Source: an uncultured Verrucomicrobiae bacterium (GTDB lineage: Bacteria; Verrucomicrobiota; Verrucomicrobiia; Chthoniobacterales; Terrimicrobiaceae). From it: a stretch of 64,000 nucleotides of DNA. The notes below the pieces were generated by a model, which was given only the letters and a program-made list of their open reading frames with translations, made no database searches and was not told the origin of the DNA. Shown one piece after another: positions 50,381-59,860 of this stretch. The stretch lies in assembly GCA_963706955.1 (NCBI GenBank), contig CAVPOC010000003.1:672001-736000 (forward strand). The letters are read 5' to 3'. Made by a program: the position numbers and the translations under genes. The number at the start of each line of letters is the position of its first letter. Positions within the stretch are counted from its first letter, which is position 1.

Positions 50381-51808
50381 CTAATATCGATAGTAATCCG
50401 GCTTGTACGGACCTTCCAGGGGGACGCCAATGTAGGCAGCCTGCTTCGGCGTGAGGGTGGTTAGCTTCGCGCCGACCTTTCCCAGATGGAGGCGGGCCAC
50501 TTCCTCATCGAGTTTCTTAGGGAGCACAAACACCGCCGGCTTGTAGACATCCCTGTTCTTCCAAAGGTCGAGCTGGGCAAGCGTTTGATTGGAGAAACTG
50601 TTGCTCATGACAAAGCTCGGATGGCCGGTGGCACAGCCGAGGTTAACGAGCCGACCCTCCGCGAGCAGAAAGATTTCGTGGCCATCCGGGAACGTATACT
50701 TATCCACCTGAGGTTTGATATTGGTTCGCTGGACGCCCGGGAAACCGTTGAGGTTGTCAACTTGGATTTCGTTATCGAAATGGCCAATATTACACACGAC
50801 GGCCTGATCCTTCATCTTGACGAGATGTTCGATCGTAATTACGTCCACATTGCCGGTCGTGGTGACATAGATGTCTCCTCGGCCAAGCGTCTCCTCGATG
50901 GTTGTGACTTCGTAGCCTTCCATGGAGGCCTGGAGCGCATTGATCGGATCGATCTCTGTGATGATCACGCGGGCCCCTTGCCCTCGGAGCGACTGAGCGC
51001 ATCCTTTGCCAACATCGCCGTAACCGCAGACGACCGCGATCTTGCCGGAGATCATCACATCCATGGCCCTGTTGATCCCGTCCACCAGTGAATGCCGGCA
51101 GCCATAGAGATTATCGAATTTGGATTTGGTCACCGAGTCGTTAACGTTGAAGGCGGGAACGAGAAGCTTGCCGAGCTCCTGAAGCTTGTAGAGGCGATGA
51201 ACGCCTGTCGTGGTCTCCTCGGAGACGCCGCGCCACTCCCTGACGATCTCGTGAAAGACGAACGGGTTCTCCGCATGAATCCTCTTCAAGAGATCCTTGA
51301 TGACTTCTTCCTCATGGCTTGCACTCGGGCTGTTGACCCAATCATCTCCCTCTTCGAGTTCATGTCCTTTGTGGAGAAGCAAGGTGACGTCGCCGCCATC
51401 ATCGACGACCAACTGCGGACCCTTGCCTTCCGGATTCAGGACGGCCCGCCATGTGCAATCCCAGTACTCCTCGAGAGATTCGCCTTTCCACGCGAACACA
51501 GGCACGCCTTCCTTGGCAATGGCGGCGGCGGCATGATCCTGGGTTGAGAAAATGTTGCAGCTTGCCCAGCGCACCGTGGCACCGAGTTCCACGAGCGTCT
51601 CGATGAGGACTGCCGTCTGGATCGTCATGTGGAGCGACCCGGTAATCCGCACCCCCGCCAGCGGCTTCTCCGAGGCATACTTTTCGCGAATAGCCATCAG
51701 CCCTGGCATCTCCTTTTCGGCAATCGAAATTTCCTTGCGCCCCCACTCCGCGAGAGCAATGTCGCGGACTTTGAAGTCGGCTGTTGGCGGTAGAATTGCA
51801 GTACTCAT
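50381..51808 (-). CDS. ahcY: Adenosylhomocysteinase
   Basis: [76 protein letters not shown]. Confidence 0.97.
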   Translation of the reverse strand: MSTAILPPTADFKVRDIALAEWGRKEISIAEKEMPGLMAIREKYASEKPLAGVRITGSLHMTIQTAVLIETLVELGATVRWASCNIFSTQDHAAAAIAKEGVPVFAWKGESLEEYWDCTWRAVLNPEGKGPQLVVDDGGDVTLLLHKGHELEEGDDWVNSPSASHEEEVIKDLLKRIHAENPFVFHEIVREWRGVSEETTTGVHRLYKLQELGKLLVPAFNVNDSVTKSKFDNLYGCRHSLVDGINRAMDVMISGKIAVVCGYGDVGKGCAQSLRGQGARVIITEIDPINALQASMEGYEVTTIEETLGRGDIYVTTTGNVDVITIEHLVKMKDQAVVCNIGHFDNEIQVDNLNGFPGVQRTNIKPQVDKYTFPDGHEIFLLAEGRLVNLGCATGHPSFVMSNSFSNQTLAQLDLWKNRDVYKPAVFVLPKKLDEEVARLHLGKVGAKLTTLTPKQAAYIGVPLEGPYKPDYYRY

Positions 51809-52224
51809 AATCTTAGTTGATCCACAGATTTCACAGATTCGCACAGATTGTTCTCTGTCCCGAAAACCATACGTTTATACTCGAGGCTGGCAGCTCCGAA
51901 GTTAATTAGAATTCCTCGCCGATGCTTGGTCGCTTTTAGTTGATTTAGGAGCTGAGCTTGGTTAGGCGAGACCAAAGCCGTGGTCGCCTTGATCTCGACA
52001 AGGACGTTTTCAAAGCAAACAAAGTCAGCCCGATAACCACACGAGAGGCGCATCCCCTTGTATTCGACTGGCAGTTCAACCTCTGCCCGGAAAGGAATTC
52101 GGCGCGCCGCAAATTCGATCGCTAAGGCTGCCTGATACACCGCCTCCAGAAAACCATCGCCTAACTCTCGATGCACCTCCATCGCTGCGCCGATGATGTC
52201 ATAGGTTTGCGGGTCATTCTCCAT
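51805..52224 (-). CDS. GxxExxY protein (PD-(D/E)XK nuclease superfamily); an in-frame TTG at 52260 is an alternative start
   Basis: [28 protein letters not shown]...[13 protein letters not shown]...GILINFG. Confidence 0.92.
   Translation of the reverse strand: MENDPQTYDIIGAAMEVHRELGDGFLEAVYQAALAIEFAARRIPFRAEVELPVEYKGMRLSCGYRADFVCFENVLVEIKATTALVSPNQAQLLNQLKATKHRRGILINFGAASLEYKRMVFGTENNLCESVKSVDQLRL
51821..51849 (+). repeat. Left arm of inverted repeat: 3x CACAGATT
   Basis: TC-CACAGATT-T-CACAGATT-CG-CACAGATT. Confidence 0.9.
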
Positions 52225-52227
52225 TCT

Positions 52228-52257
52228 AATCTGTGAAAATCTGTGCCAATCTGTGGA
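52228..52257 (-). repeat. Right arm of inverted repeat: 3x AATCTGTG
   Basis: AATCTGTG-AA-AATCTGTG-CC-AATCTGTG-GA; reverse complement of the left-arm units, outer 10 bp perfectly matched. Confidence 0.9.
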
Positions 52258-52263
52258 CAAACT

Positions 52264-53436
52264 TTACATCGCCGCGTCGCGCAGGTCGTTGGCTCTGTCT
52301 GACCGCTCCCAAGTCAAGTCGGGATCGTCTTTGCCGAAGTGACCATAGTTGGTGCTCTTTAAGTAAATCGGACGCAAAAGATTTAGCTGCTCGACGATTT
52401 CGGCGGGCTTGAAACTGAAGGTCTGCAGGATTGCGTTTTCGATACGCTCTTCGGGAACGCGATTTGTTCCGAACGTGCTGATACTGACGCTCACGGGCTG
52501 GGGATGACCGATCGCATAGGCGAACTGCACTTCGCACTTCGCCGCCAGGCCTGCGGCGACCACATTTTTGGCCACATAGCGGCCCATGTAAGCGGCGCTT
52601 CGGTCGACTTTGGACGGATCCTTGCCCGAAAAGGCTCCGCCGCCATGGCGTCCCATCCCGCCGTAAGTATCGACGATAATCTTGCGGCCGGTCAGGCCAC
52701 TATCGCCCTGCGGGCCACCAATGACAAAGCGTCCGGTCGGATTTACCAAATACTCGGTCTTGGAGTTTAGCAGCGACTTCGGGAGCACTTTCTTAATCAC
52801 CTTCTCCACCACGAATTTCCTGAGTTCCGAATGGCTGACCTCCGCCGAGTGTTGGGTGGAGACGACGACATTCGAGATGGCGATCGGGTGGCCGTTTTCG
52901 TAGAGCACCGAGACTTGGCTTTTGGCATCCGGCCGCAACCAACCGACTTTGCCGCTTTTGCGCAGCCGGGTCAGTTCTCGGCCAAGCCGATGGGCAAACA
53001 TGATCGGTGCCGGCATCAGCTCAGGGGTCTCATCACACGCATATCCAAACATCAACCCTTGATCGCCGGCACCCTGCTCGGCTGTCTTTTTTCCCTTCGC
53101 TCTTCTGGCATCTACCCCCTGGGCGATATCTGAACTCTGCGCCGTGATGTAGTTGCTCACAAAGACGTGATCAGCGTGAAAGACGTCGTCATCGTGCACA
53201 TAGCCGATCTCGCGGATCGCCTGACGGATAATCGCATTGTAGTCAAACCGCGCCTCGGTGGTGATCTCACCTCCTACAACAACAATGTTGCTCTTCACGA
53301 AAGTCTCGCAGGCGACCCGACTCAGTTTATCCTGCGCCAGGCAGGCGTCCAAAATCGCGTCCGAAATCGTATCACAGACCTTGTCGGGGTGACCTTCACC
53401 CACCGATTCTGAAGAGAAAATATAGCGTCGAGGCAT
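52264..53436 (-). CDS. metK: S-adenosylmethionine synthase
   Basis: [59 protein letters not shown]. Confidence 0.98.
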   Translation of the reverse strand: MPRRYIFSSESVGEGHPDKVCDTISDAILDACLAQDKLSRVACETFVKSNIVVVGGEITTEARFDYNAIIRQAIREIGYVHDDDVFHADHVFVSNYITAQSSDIAQGVDARRAKGKKTAEQGAGDQGLMFGYACDETPELMPAPIMFAHRLGRELTRLRKSGKVGWLRPDAKSQVSVLYENGHPIAISNVVVSTQHSAEVSHSELRKFVVEKVIKKVLPKSLLNSKTEYLVNPTGRFVIGGPQGDSGLTGRKIIVDTYGGMGRHGGGAFSGKDPSKVDRSAAYMGRYVAKNVVAAGLAAKCEVQFAYAIGHPQPVSVSISTFGTNRVPEERIENAILQTFSFKPAEIVEQLNLLRPIYLKSTNYGHFGKDDPDLTWERSDRANDLRDAAM

Positions 53437-53441
53437 TTACT

Positions 53442-53467
53442 TATTAAAGTATTTGCATATTTTAATA
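53442..53467. promoter_or_regulatory. AT-rich palindrome filling the metK / regulator divergent gap (putative operator and overlapping promoters)
   Basis: TATTAAAGTATTTGCATATTTTAATA matches its reverse complement at 20 of 26 positions. Confidence 0.6.
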
Positions 53468-53473
53468 CGTCTG

Positions 53474-54394
53474 GTGGCCTCGATTGTCAACTCACTGCGC
53501 GCGATCTCTGATCCAACTCGATTGCGGCTGCTCTTATTGCTTGTGGAGGAAGAACTAACGGTCGCGGAATTGCAGGAAATTCTTGGCATGGGCCAGTCAC
53601 GGATTTCAGCAAGTCTCGCCTTGCTCAAGCGGGAGGCGATCGCAAGAAATCGTCGGGTTGGGAAGAACATCTTTTACGCGGTTCGTCCGGAGATCGTCTC
53701 TCCGCTTCGACCGATTCTTGAAGCCGCCAAACTCGAATTGCCGGAGGCTGGGAGCGACAGCGCTGCCATGGCTCTGGCATTGCGCAAACGCAAAGACAAA
53801 GCCGCCGAATATTTTAACAAGTTAGCGGGCAAGTTTGGGCGCACCTACATTCCCGGGCGGTCCTGGCAGGCGTTGGCACATGCGCTGCTCAGGCTTCTTC
53901 CAGCCATGGTGATCGCGGATCTGGGTGCGGGCGAAGGCACCTTGTCGCAACTGCTTGCCCGGAGGGCGAAGAAGGTAATCGCCATCGACAACTCAGAAAA
54001 GATGGTTGAGTTCGGCTCGAACCTTGCGCGCGAACATGGTTGCAAAAATCTCGAGTATCGTCTCGGTGACATTGAAGATCCGCCGATCGAGCACGGGAGT
54101 GTTGACCTGGCACTCTTCAGCCAGGCGCTCCATCATGCCTCCAGCCCGCAGAAAGCCGTGTCGGCCGCCCACGGCATTCTCCGCGATGGAGGCCGCGTCG
54201 TCGTCCTCGACCTGGCGAGTCATAGTCACGAGGAGGCCCGCGAATTGTACGCGCACGCTTGGCTCGGCTTTTCCGAGGTCGAGTTGCAGGAAATTCTGGC
54301 GAAGGCAGGTTTTTCTGAGATCGAGGTCAGCGTCGTCTCCCGGGAAGCGCAGGCTCCTAACTTTCAAACGCTGCTAGCGGTTGCCACCAAGTGA
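53474..54394 (+). CDS. ArsR-HTH plus SAM-binding methyltransferase-fold regulator (SahR-like)
   Basis: LRAISDPTRLRLL...ELTVAELQEILGMGQSRIS; IADLGAGEG; divergent from metK-ahcY; GTG start assumed. Confidence 0.85.
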   Translation: MASIVNSLRAISDPTRLRLLLLLVEEELTVAELQEILGMGQSRISASLALLKREAIARNRRVGKNIFYAVRPEIVSPLRPILEAAKLELPEAGSDSAAMALALRKRKDKAAEYFNKLAGKFGRTYIPGRSWQALAHALLRLLPAMVIADLGAGEGTLSQLLARRAKKVIAIDNSEKMVEFGSNLAREHGCKNLEYRLGDIEDPPIEHGSVDLALFSQALHHASSPQKAVSAAHGILRDGGRVVVLDLASHSHEEARELYAHAWLGFSEVELQEILAKAGFSEIEVSVVSREAQAPNFQTLLAVATK

Positions 54395-54676
54395 AGCTGG
54401 CACGCCGCTGAAGTGGTTCTCAAGAGCGGGGTTGGTGCACCGCGACAAACGTGCTCGAGTTCGGCAGTCGGCTCGGGCGCTTCATGCAATCCGACCCGGG
54501 TTTCGGAAACCGTTCCGTCGCCCAGAGATCTCGGAATCTTATTCCTGAATTCGAGACCGGCGCCATTTCCAGCGTTGCTCCGGGCCAAGAATCTCTGGTT
54601 GGGGGACTCACAAAGCACAACCATCTTGAATTGAAGCGGCACGCCGTTTCAGACTTGCGAGAATGGACGGCATCTC

Positions 54677-55120
54677 ATGAACGAGAACTTCTGGGCAATG
54701 CTGACGGTTTTCGGTTTGGGAATCGCTTACTTCCTGGCAGCGATTCCTACCGGCGTCGCCATGCATTTGAATCCGTGGATGGCCGCCCTTTGCGCCTGGG
54801 CAGGTTATACAGCCATTGCTGCGGCCATGCTGGCGGTGGGAACGCCCGCTCGTAAATGGTTGACGGAAAAATTCCATATCTCCGCCCGGCCCGACCCCGA
54901 AAAGTTCCTCTGGCGCGTTTGGATGCGCTGGGGATTGCCTGGTTTGGCGCTGATCGCACCGGTGACCTGCGGTCCGTATTTCGCCGCCTTGATCGCGCTA
55001 ATGCTTAGGGAACGGCCCGCGCGCGTCCTTCTCTGGATCGCCCTTGGGGTGATTCCGTGGTGCATCGTTTTTGTGGTGTTGGCCGAGACCGGAAGTCATT
55101 TGTTTCAGCCGAAAACGTAG
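54677..55120 (+). CDS. Small membrane protein (small multidrug export-like)
   Basis: About 4 hydrophobic segments; RWGLPGLALIAP motif. Confidence 0.6.
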   Translation: MNENFWAMLTVFGLGIAYFLAAIPTGVAMHLNPWMAALCAWAGYTAIAAAMLAVGTPARKWLTEKFHISARPDPEKFLWRVWMRWGLPGLALIAPVTCGPYFAALIALMLRERPARVLLWIALGVIPWCIVFVVLAETGSHLFQPKT

Positions 55121-55124
55121 TCCG

Positions 55125-55757
55125 ATGAAGACGAAAAAAACTCACACTCAAAGATCGCCAGCGCGCTCAATGACCAAGCGCCATCGGCAGGCGCCACCCG
55201 CCATTAGGACTTTGGCGCAAGCGAAAGCGTTCGTTCGGCAAGTCGGAATGTGCGGAATTTTCTCGGATGCCAACGGAACGATGCCGTGCTTATGGAACGC
55301 AGTCGACCTGCCATCGCGCAGACCGGGAGAACGGGGTTGGGGTGAGAAAGTAAGTGCCATTTGGCGATGGAAAAACGAGCTTCCGGCCCGCTATCCGAAT
55401 GAGATCTTCTATGGAAAAACGAAGAGTGGTCTGGCCGTCCTCATGAGCGTCGCGTATCTTCGGGATAATCATTATCCTAAGCATCACCGTCCGCTAAGCG
55501 ACTGCAGCGCCCTGGCACGGCAACTCTATAGTCTGATCAAGCTGGATCCAATCAGGACGGGACCGCTCCGTGAAGAGATGAATATGATCGAAGGCCCCGC
55601 ACGGCATATGTTCGATCGCGCGTTGCGAGAACTTCAGGCAACGCTGAATATCGTCCGTCGCAACAGCCCGCGTGATGAAAACGATACCTGGGTTCCGTTT
55701 TCCGAACAGTACCTCGACGTTCTCCGACAAATGCCGCCGACGTCACCGCGGTCCTAA
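55125..55757 (+). CDS. Hypothetical protein, possibly AlkZ-related (winged helix)
   Basis: WRWKNELP...IFYGK...FDRALRELQ pattern recalled from AlkZ-related proteins; not verified. Confidence 0.5.
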   Translation: MKTKKTHTQRSPARSMTKRHRQAPPAIRTLAQAKAFVRQVGMCGIFSDANGTMPCLWNAVDLPSRRPGERGWGEKVSAIWRWKNELPARYPNEIFYGKTKSGLAVLMSVAYLRDNHYPKHHRPLSDCSALARQLYSLIKLDPIRTGPLREEMNMIEGPARHMFDRALRELQATLNIVRRNSPRDENDTWVPFSEQYLDVLRQMPPTSPRS

Positions 55758-57577
55758 GTTTTGACGACTTGCTCAAGAAGTGCGTTGATGCGCTTGAGCA
55801 TCGCCTGAGGATCCTCAAGAAGCCCCGCGGCAATCAGCGCGTTGTCATAGATCTGTTCAGCAACTTGCTTAGAGAGTTCCTCATTTGTTTTCCGAAAGCC
55901 GTCGAGGCCAACCATCATTGGATGATTGGGGTTAATCTCCAAGTCGTGCTTGAAAGGACCGTCCGTCCCGCGATTGAGATTCTTCAAGATGCGCCGCATG
56001 CTCGAAGTCATGCTCTTGTCACTTTCCACGATCACAGCCGGACTGTCGACCAGGCGTTTTGAGACACGCACTTCGTCGATCTTCTCGCCGAGAGTTTCCT
56101 TGATAAAGTTGCAGAGCAAGCGCGCGGCCGTGTCGTCGAGCTTTTTCTCGCCTGCCTCCAGCGCGATCTCCGCTCTCTCGGCAGGGGCCAGCTTCTTCCC
56201 CTCAAACTCCCGTAGATGTTCCATGACAAACTCGTCCCATGGATCGAAGAGGAAAAGAGCTTCGTAGTTTTTTACTTTGAGAGCTTCGTAATAAGGACTC
56301 GCCAGACATGTTTCTCGATTCGGTCCGGAAATGTAATAGATCTCCTTCTGGTCCTCGGGCATTCGGGCGACGTAATCTGCAATGGCAACCGGCGAATCCG
56401 ATTGGGAGGTCTCATAGCGAAGAAGCTTCGCGAGCGGCTCACGCTGCGTGAAGTCGCTGACCACGCCCTCCTTGAGAAAGTGCCCGAATTCTTTGAAGAA
56501 CCCGATGTATTTGTCGGCGTCGCTCTTAGCTTCCTCCTCGAGGAACTTTAAGAATCGACCGGTGAGCACACGGTTGAGTTTTTGTAAGAGTGCCGAATCC
56601 TGCATCGTCTCGCGCGAGATGTTTAGGGGAAGATCTTCACTGTCCACGACGCCTTTGAGAAAGCGAAGCCATTCCGGAAGCAAGCCTTTGGATTTTGATT
56701 GGATCAGAATTCTTCGACAGTAAAGATGAACTTCTGACTCGATCTTAGGCATGCCCAGCTTTTCCATGCTGTTCTTCGGCACGAAGAGCAGCGCGTTGAT
56801 CGCCAGAGGCGCATCTGCACTGAAGTGAAATCGATAGAGCGGCGGCTCAAGATCATGCCCGATGAACTTGTAAAATTCTTCGTAGTCCGTCGCGGTCAGC
56901 TCGGACTTGCTCCGCATCCAAATCGCGCGAATCGTATTGACCGCGCTGCCATTCAGCTCGATCGGAAAAGCGACGAAGTTTGAGTAGCGCTTGATGATCG
57001 CTTCGACGTGATGCGCTCGCGAAAACTGGCGATCGTCCTCTTTCAGATTGATAACGATCTTCGTCCCACGTGGCAAATCCAAACCCGGCTCGATATCATA
57101 GGAGGTCACACCATCCGAACTCCAGATCCAACCTGTTTCCTCCGGCTGGGACGAGCGTGTGTAGACCGTCACTTTAGTGCCGACCATGAAAGCGGAGTAA
57201 AATCCGACGCCGAACTGGCCGATGAGATTGGGATTGCCGGCGTTCTCCCGGATTTGTTGAAGGAATGCCTTTGATCCGGAATGGGCGATGGTCCCGAGAT
57301 TCTCGATGAGCTCCTCGCGCGTCATCCCAATGCCGGCGTCCGCTATCGAGATGGTGTGAGCGCTGTCGTCGGTGCCAACGGCGATCGTCAGTGGACGATC
57401 GGACTCAAAAATCTCGGCCCCGGAAGTTTGCAGAAATCTTAGTTTCTCCGTGGCGTCCGCCGCGTTCGAAATCAGCTCGCGGATAAAGATCTCCTTATCC
57501 GTATAGAGGGAATGGATGACAATATCAAGGAGTTGGGCAATTTCCGCCTGAAATGCGTGCTTCTCAAGGGTGCTCAT
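55754..57577 (-). CDS. htpG: Molecular chaperone Hsp90
   Basis: FQAEIAQLL, IFIRELISNAADA, NLGTIAHSG, IGQFGVGFYSAF, DLPLNISRE, LEINPNHP. Confidence 0.97.
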   Translation of the reverse strand: MSTLEKHAFQAEIAQLLDIVIHSLYTDKEIFIRELISNAADATEKLRFLQTSGAEIFESDRPLTIAVGTDDSAHTISIADAGIGMTREELIENLGTIAHSGSKAFLQQIRENAGNPNLIGQFGVGFYSAFMVGTKVTVYTRSSQPEETGWIWSSDGVTSYDIEPGLDLPRGTKIVINLKEDDRQFSRAHHVEAIIKRYSNFVAFPIELNGSAVNTIRAIWMRSKSELTATDYEEFYKFIGHDLEPPLYRFHFSADAPLAINALLFVPKNSMEKLGMPKIESEVHLYCRRILIQSKSKGLLPEWLRFLKGVVDSEDLPLNISRETMQDSALLQKLNRVLTGRFLKFLEEEAKSDADKYIGFFKEFGHFLKEGVVSDFTQREPLAKLLRYETSQSDSPVAIADYVARMPEDQKEIYYISGPNRETCLASPYYEALKVKNYEALFLFDPWDEFVMEHLREFEGKKLAPAERAEIALEAGEKKLDDTAARLLCNFIKETLGEKIDEVRVSKRLVDSPAVIVESDKSMTSSMRRILKNLNRGTDGPFKHDLEINPNHPMMVGLDGFRKTNEELSKQVAEQIYDNALIAAGLLEDPQAMLKRINALLEQVVKT

Positions 57578-57835
57578 TCCATCTGCTTCTTTCGAGCAAA
57601 CCCACTTCCTGTCAAGAACGCATTTCCCCCCATCGAAACAGGGAGACGCCCGAATGTTAGCCTCGCTCTTCGTCTTCTTCCGAGCCGCTTAAACCAGCTT
57701 AGAGAACTCAACGCAGGTGCGGCCCAAGGGCTAATTGGGTCGCTGGTCGCGCTAGCTTGATCTATGTCAAGGATTCTCTTGACGCGCGCGCTTCCACGAT
57801 TGCGGACCGGCGGGGAACATGACAATAATCAGGCC

Positions 57836-59733
57836 ATGCCCGCTCCTACCAAAGCTCCCCAAGTCAAGGCCTCTCGAGCCATCAGCAAACCCAAGCCGTC
57901 GACCACCGGCGGGCCGAAATCCCGAAAGCCTCTCGCCAAGAACAAGAATCTGATCACGTGGGTTGAGAAGATGGCCAATCTCACGAAACCGGCCGCGATT
58001 CATTGGGTTGATGGTTCCGAGAGCGAGAACGAAGCGCTGTGCAATGAATTGGTAGCCGGCGGAACATTTACCAGGCTGAATGAAAAGCTTTGGCCGGGTT
58101 GTTTCTATGCGAAATCGGATCCGGGCGATGTGGCGCGCGTGGAGGAGCGGACCTTTATTTGTTCGCTCTCGAAAGACAACGCCGGCCCAACGAATAACTG
58201 GATGGATCCTTTCGAGATGCGGCGCAAACTCAAAGGGTCTGTTCAGTGGCTGCATGCGGGGACGGACGATGTACGTGCTGCCATTTTCCATGGGTCCGAT
58301 TGGTTCGCCGATGTCCCAAATCGGCGTCCAGCTCACCGACTCGGCCTACGCGGTGGTGAACATGCGCATCATGGCGCGCATCGGTCTGCCGGTCTTCCAG
58401 GAGATCGACAAGAACCTCCAGACGGGTCGTGCCTTGCATGCATTCCGTCGGTGCTCCGTTGAAGCCGGGCCAAAAGGATGTGCCCTGGCCATGCAATCCC
58501 GAGAAATATATTGTCCACTTTCCTGAGACGCGTGAGATCTGGAGCTACGGATCCGGCTACGGCGGCAATGCCTTGCTCGGGAAGAAATGCTTCGCGCTGC
58601 GAATCGCCTCGAACATTGCGCGGGATGAGGGGTGGATGGCCGAACACATGCTCATCCTCGGGGTGGAAGATCCAAAGGGCGAAAAGACCTATGTGGCTGC
58701 CGCCTTTCCGAGCGCCTGCGGCAAGACAAACTTCGCCATGCTCATCCCGCCGCCGCACTTTCAGAAAGCCGGTTGGAAGGTCTGGACTGTCGGCGACGAT
58801 ATCGCGTGGCTGAAACCCGATGCCAACGGTGGCATTCGCGCCATCAACCCGGAGACTGGCTTCTTCGGTGTCGCGCCCGGGACCTCCGCCAAGACCAACC
58901 CTAATGCCATGGCTGCTCTCGCGAAAAACACCATCTTCACGAACGTTGGTCTCACTCCAGAGGGCGGCGTCTGGTGGGAAGGCATGACTGACGAGCCTCC
59001 CGCGGAGTGTACCGATTGGCAGGGCAAGCCGTGGACACCCAAAATCGCCAAGGAAACCGGCGCGAAGGCGGCTCATCCGAATGCCCGCTTCACAGCACCG
59101 GCCGCGCAATGCCCAACCATCGATCCCGCTTGGGAAGACCCTGCCGGCGTCCCGATCAAAGCGATCATCTTTGGGGGACGCCGCGCCAGCACCCTCCCGC
59201 TCGTTTGTCAGTCCTTCAACTGGAGCGGAGGAGTTTACATGGGAGCGACGATGGGCTCGGAGATGACCGCGGCGGCGGCCGGCGGCTTGGGACAAGTGCG
59301 ACGCGATCCGATGGCCATGCTCCCCTTCTGCGGCTATCACATGGGCGACTACTTCCGCCATTGGATCAAAATGCAGCGGTCGCTCAGCGAGACCCCTCGG
59401 GTCTTTCTCGTCAATTGGTTCCGCAAAGACGCCGACGGAAAGTTTCTCTGGCCGGGATTCGGAGAGAATATGCGGGTGTTGAAGTGGGTCGTCGATCGCG
59501 TTCGCGGTCGCGCGTTGGGCAAGGAAACACCGCTCGGCTGGCAGCCAGATTACGACGACATGGATTGGGAAGGTCTGAAGTTCTCGCGCGACGATTTTGA
59601 GGAGATTCAGCGCGTCGATGACGAGGCATGGCGAAGCGAGGTCATCGGCCATGAAGAGCTCTTCCTGAAGCTCCATGACCACCTGCCCAAGGAACTCATC
59701 TACGAGCGAGAGCTACTGATCTGCCGGTTGTAG
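57836..59733 (+). CDS. pckG: Phosphoenolpyruvate carboxykinase (GTP), two +1 frameshifts near 58236 and 58420
   Basis: [12 protein letters not shown] / [15 protein letters not shown] / [46 protein letters not shown] lie in three successive frames. Confidence 0.93.
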
Positions 59734-59790
59734 CGCGCTGATCGGAAAAAGTTGCGGCAAACCAGGAATTAAGTGGCCCGAATGAGCGCG

Positions 59791-59856
59791 TTGTAGGGGC
59801 GTTTGTGTCAAACGCCCAGCGAAAATCACAGGCGCTTGGCACAAGCGCCTCTACAA
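59791..59856. repeat. GTAG-type REP doublet (REPIN-like)
   Basis: TTGTAGGGGCGTTTGTGTCAAACGCCC...AGGCGCTTGGCACAAGCGCCTCTACAA between convergent genes. Confidence 0.85.
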
Positions 59857-59860
59857 TATT

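Noticed and set aside
51821..52257. CRISPR array or canonical IS
   Set aside because: Units are 8 bp with 1-2 nt spacers, there are no cas genes, no DDE/HUH/serine transposase motif and no clear target-site duplication.
53437..53473. SAM or SAH riboswitch for metK/ahcY
   Set aside because: There is no room (37 nt) and no aptamer motif; a protein regulator is adjacent.
58230..58430. Programmed ribosomal frameshifting in pckG
   Set aside because: Two independent +1 shifts would be needed in a housekeeping enzyme; the same pattern in other genes points to sequence error.
58369..59682. 437-aa antisense ORF opposite pckG, and similar long shadow ORFs opposite iolA, iolC, mqo and A2M
   Set aside because: Expected antisense open frames in GC-rich coding DNA; no recognisable motifs.
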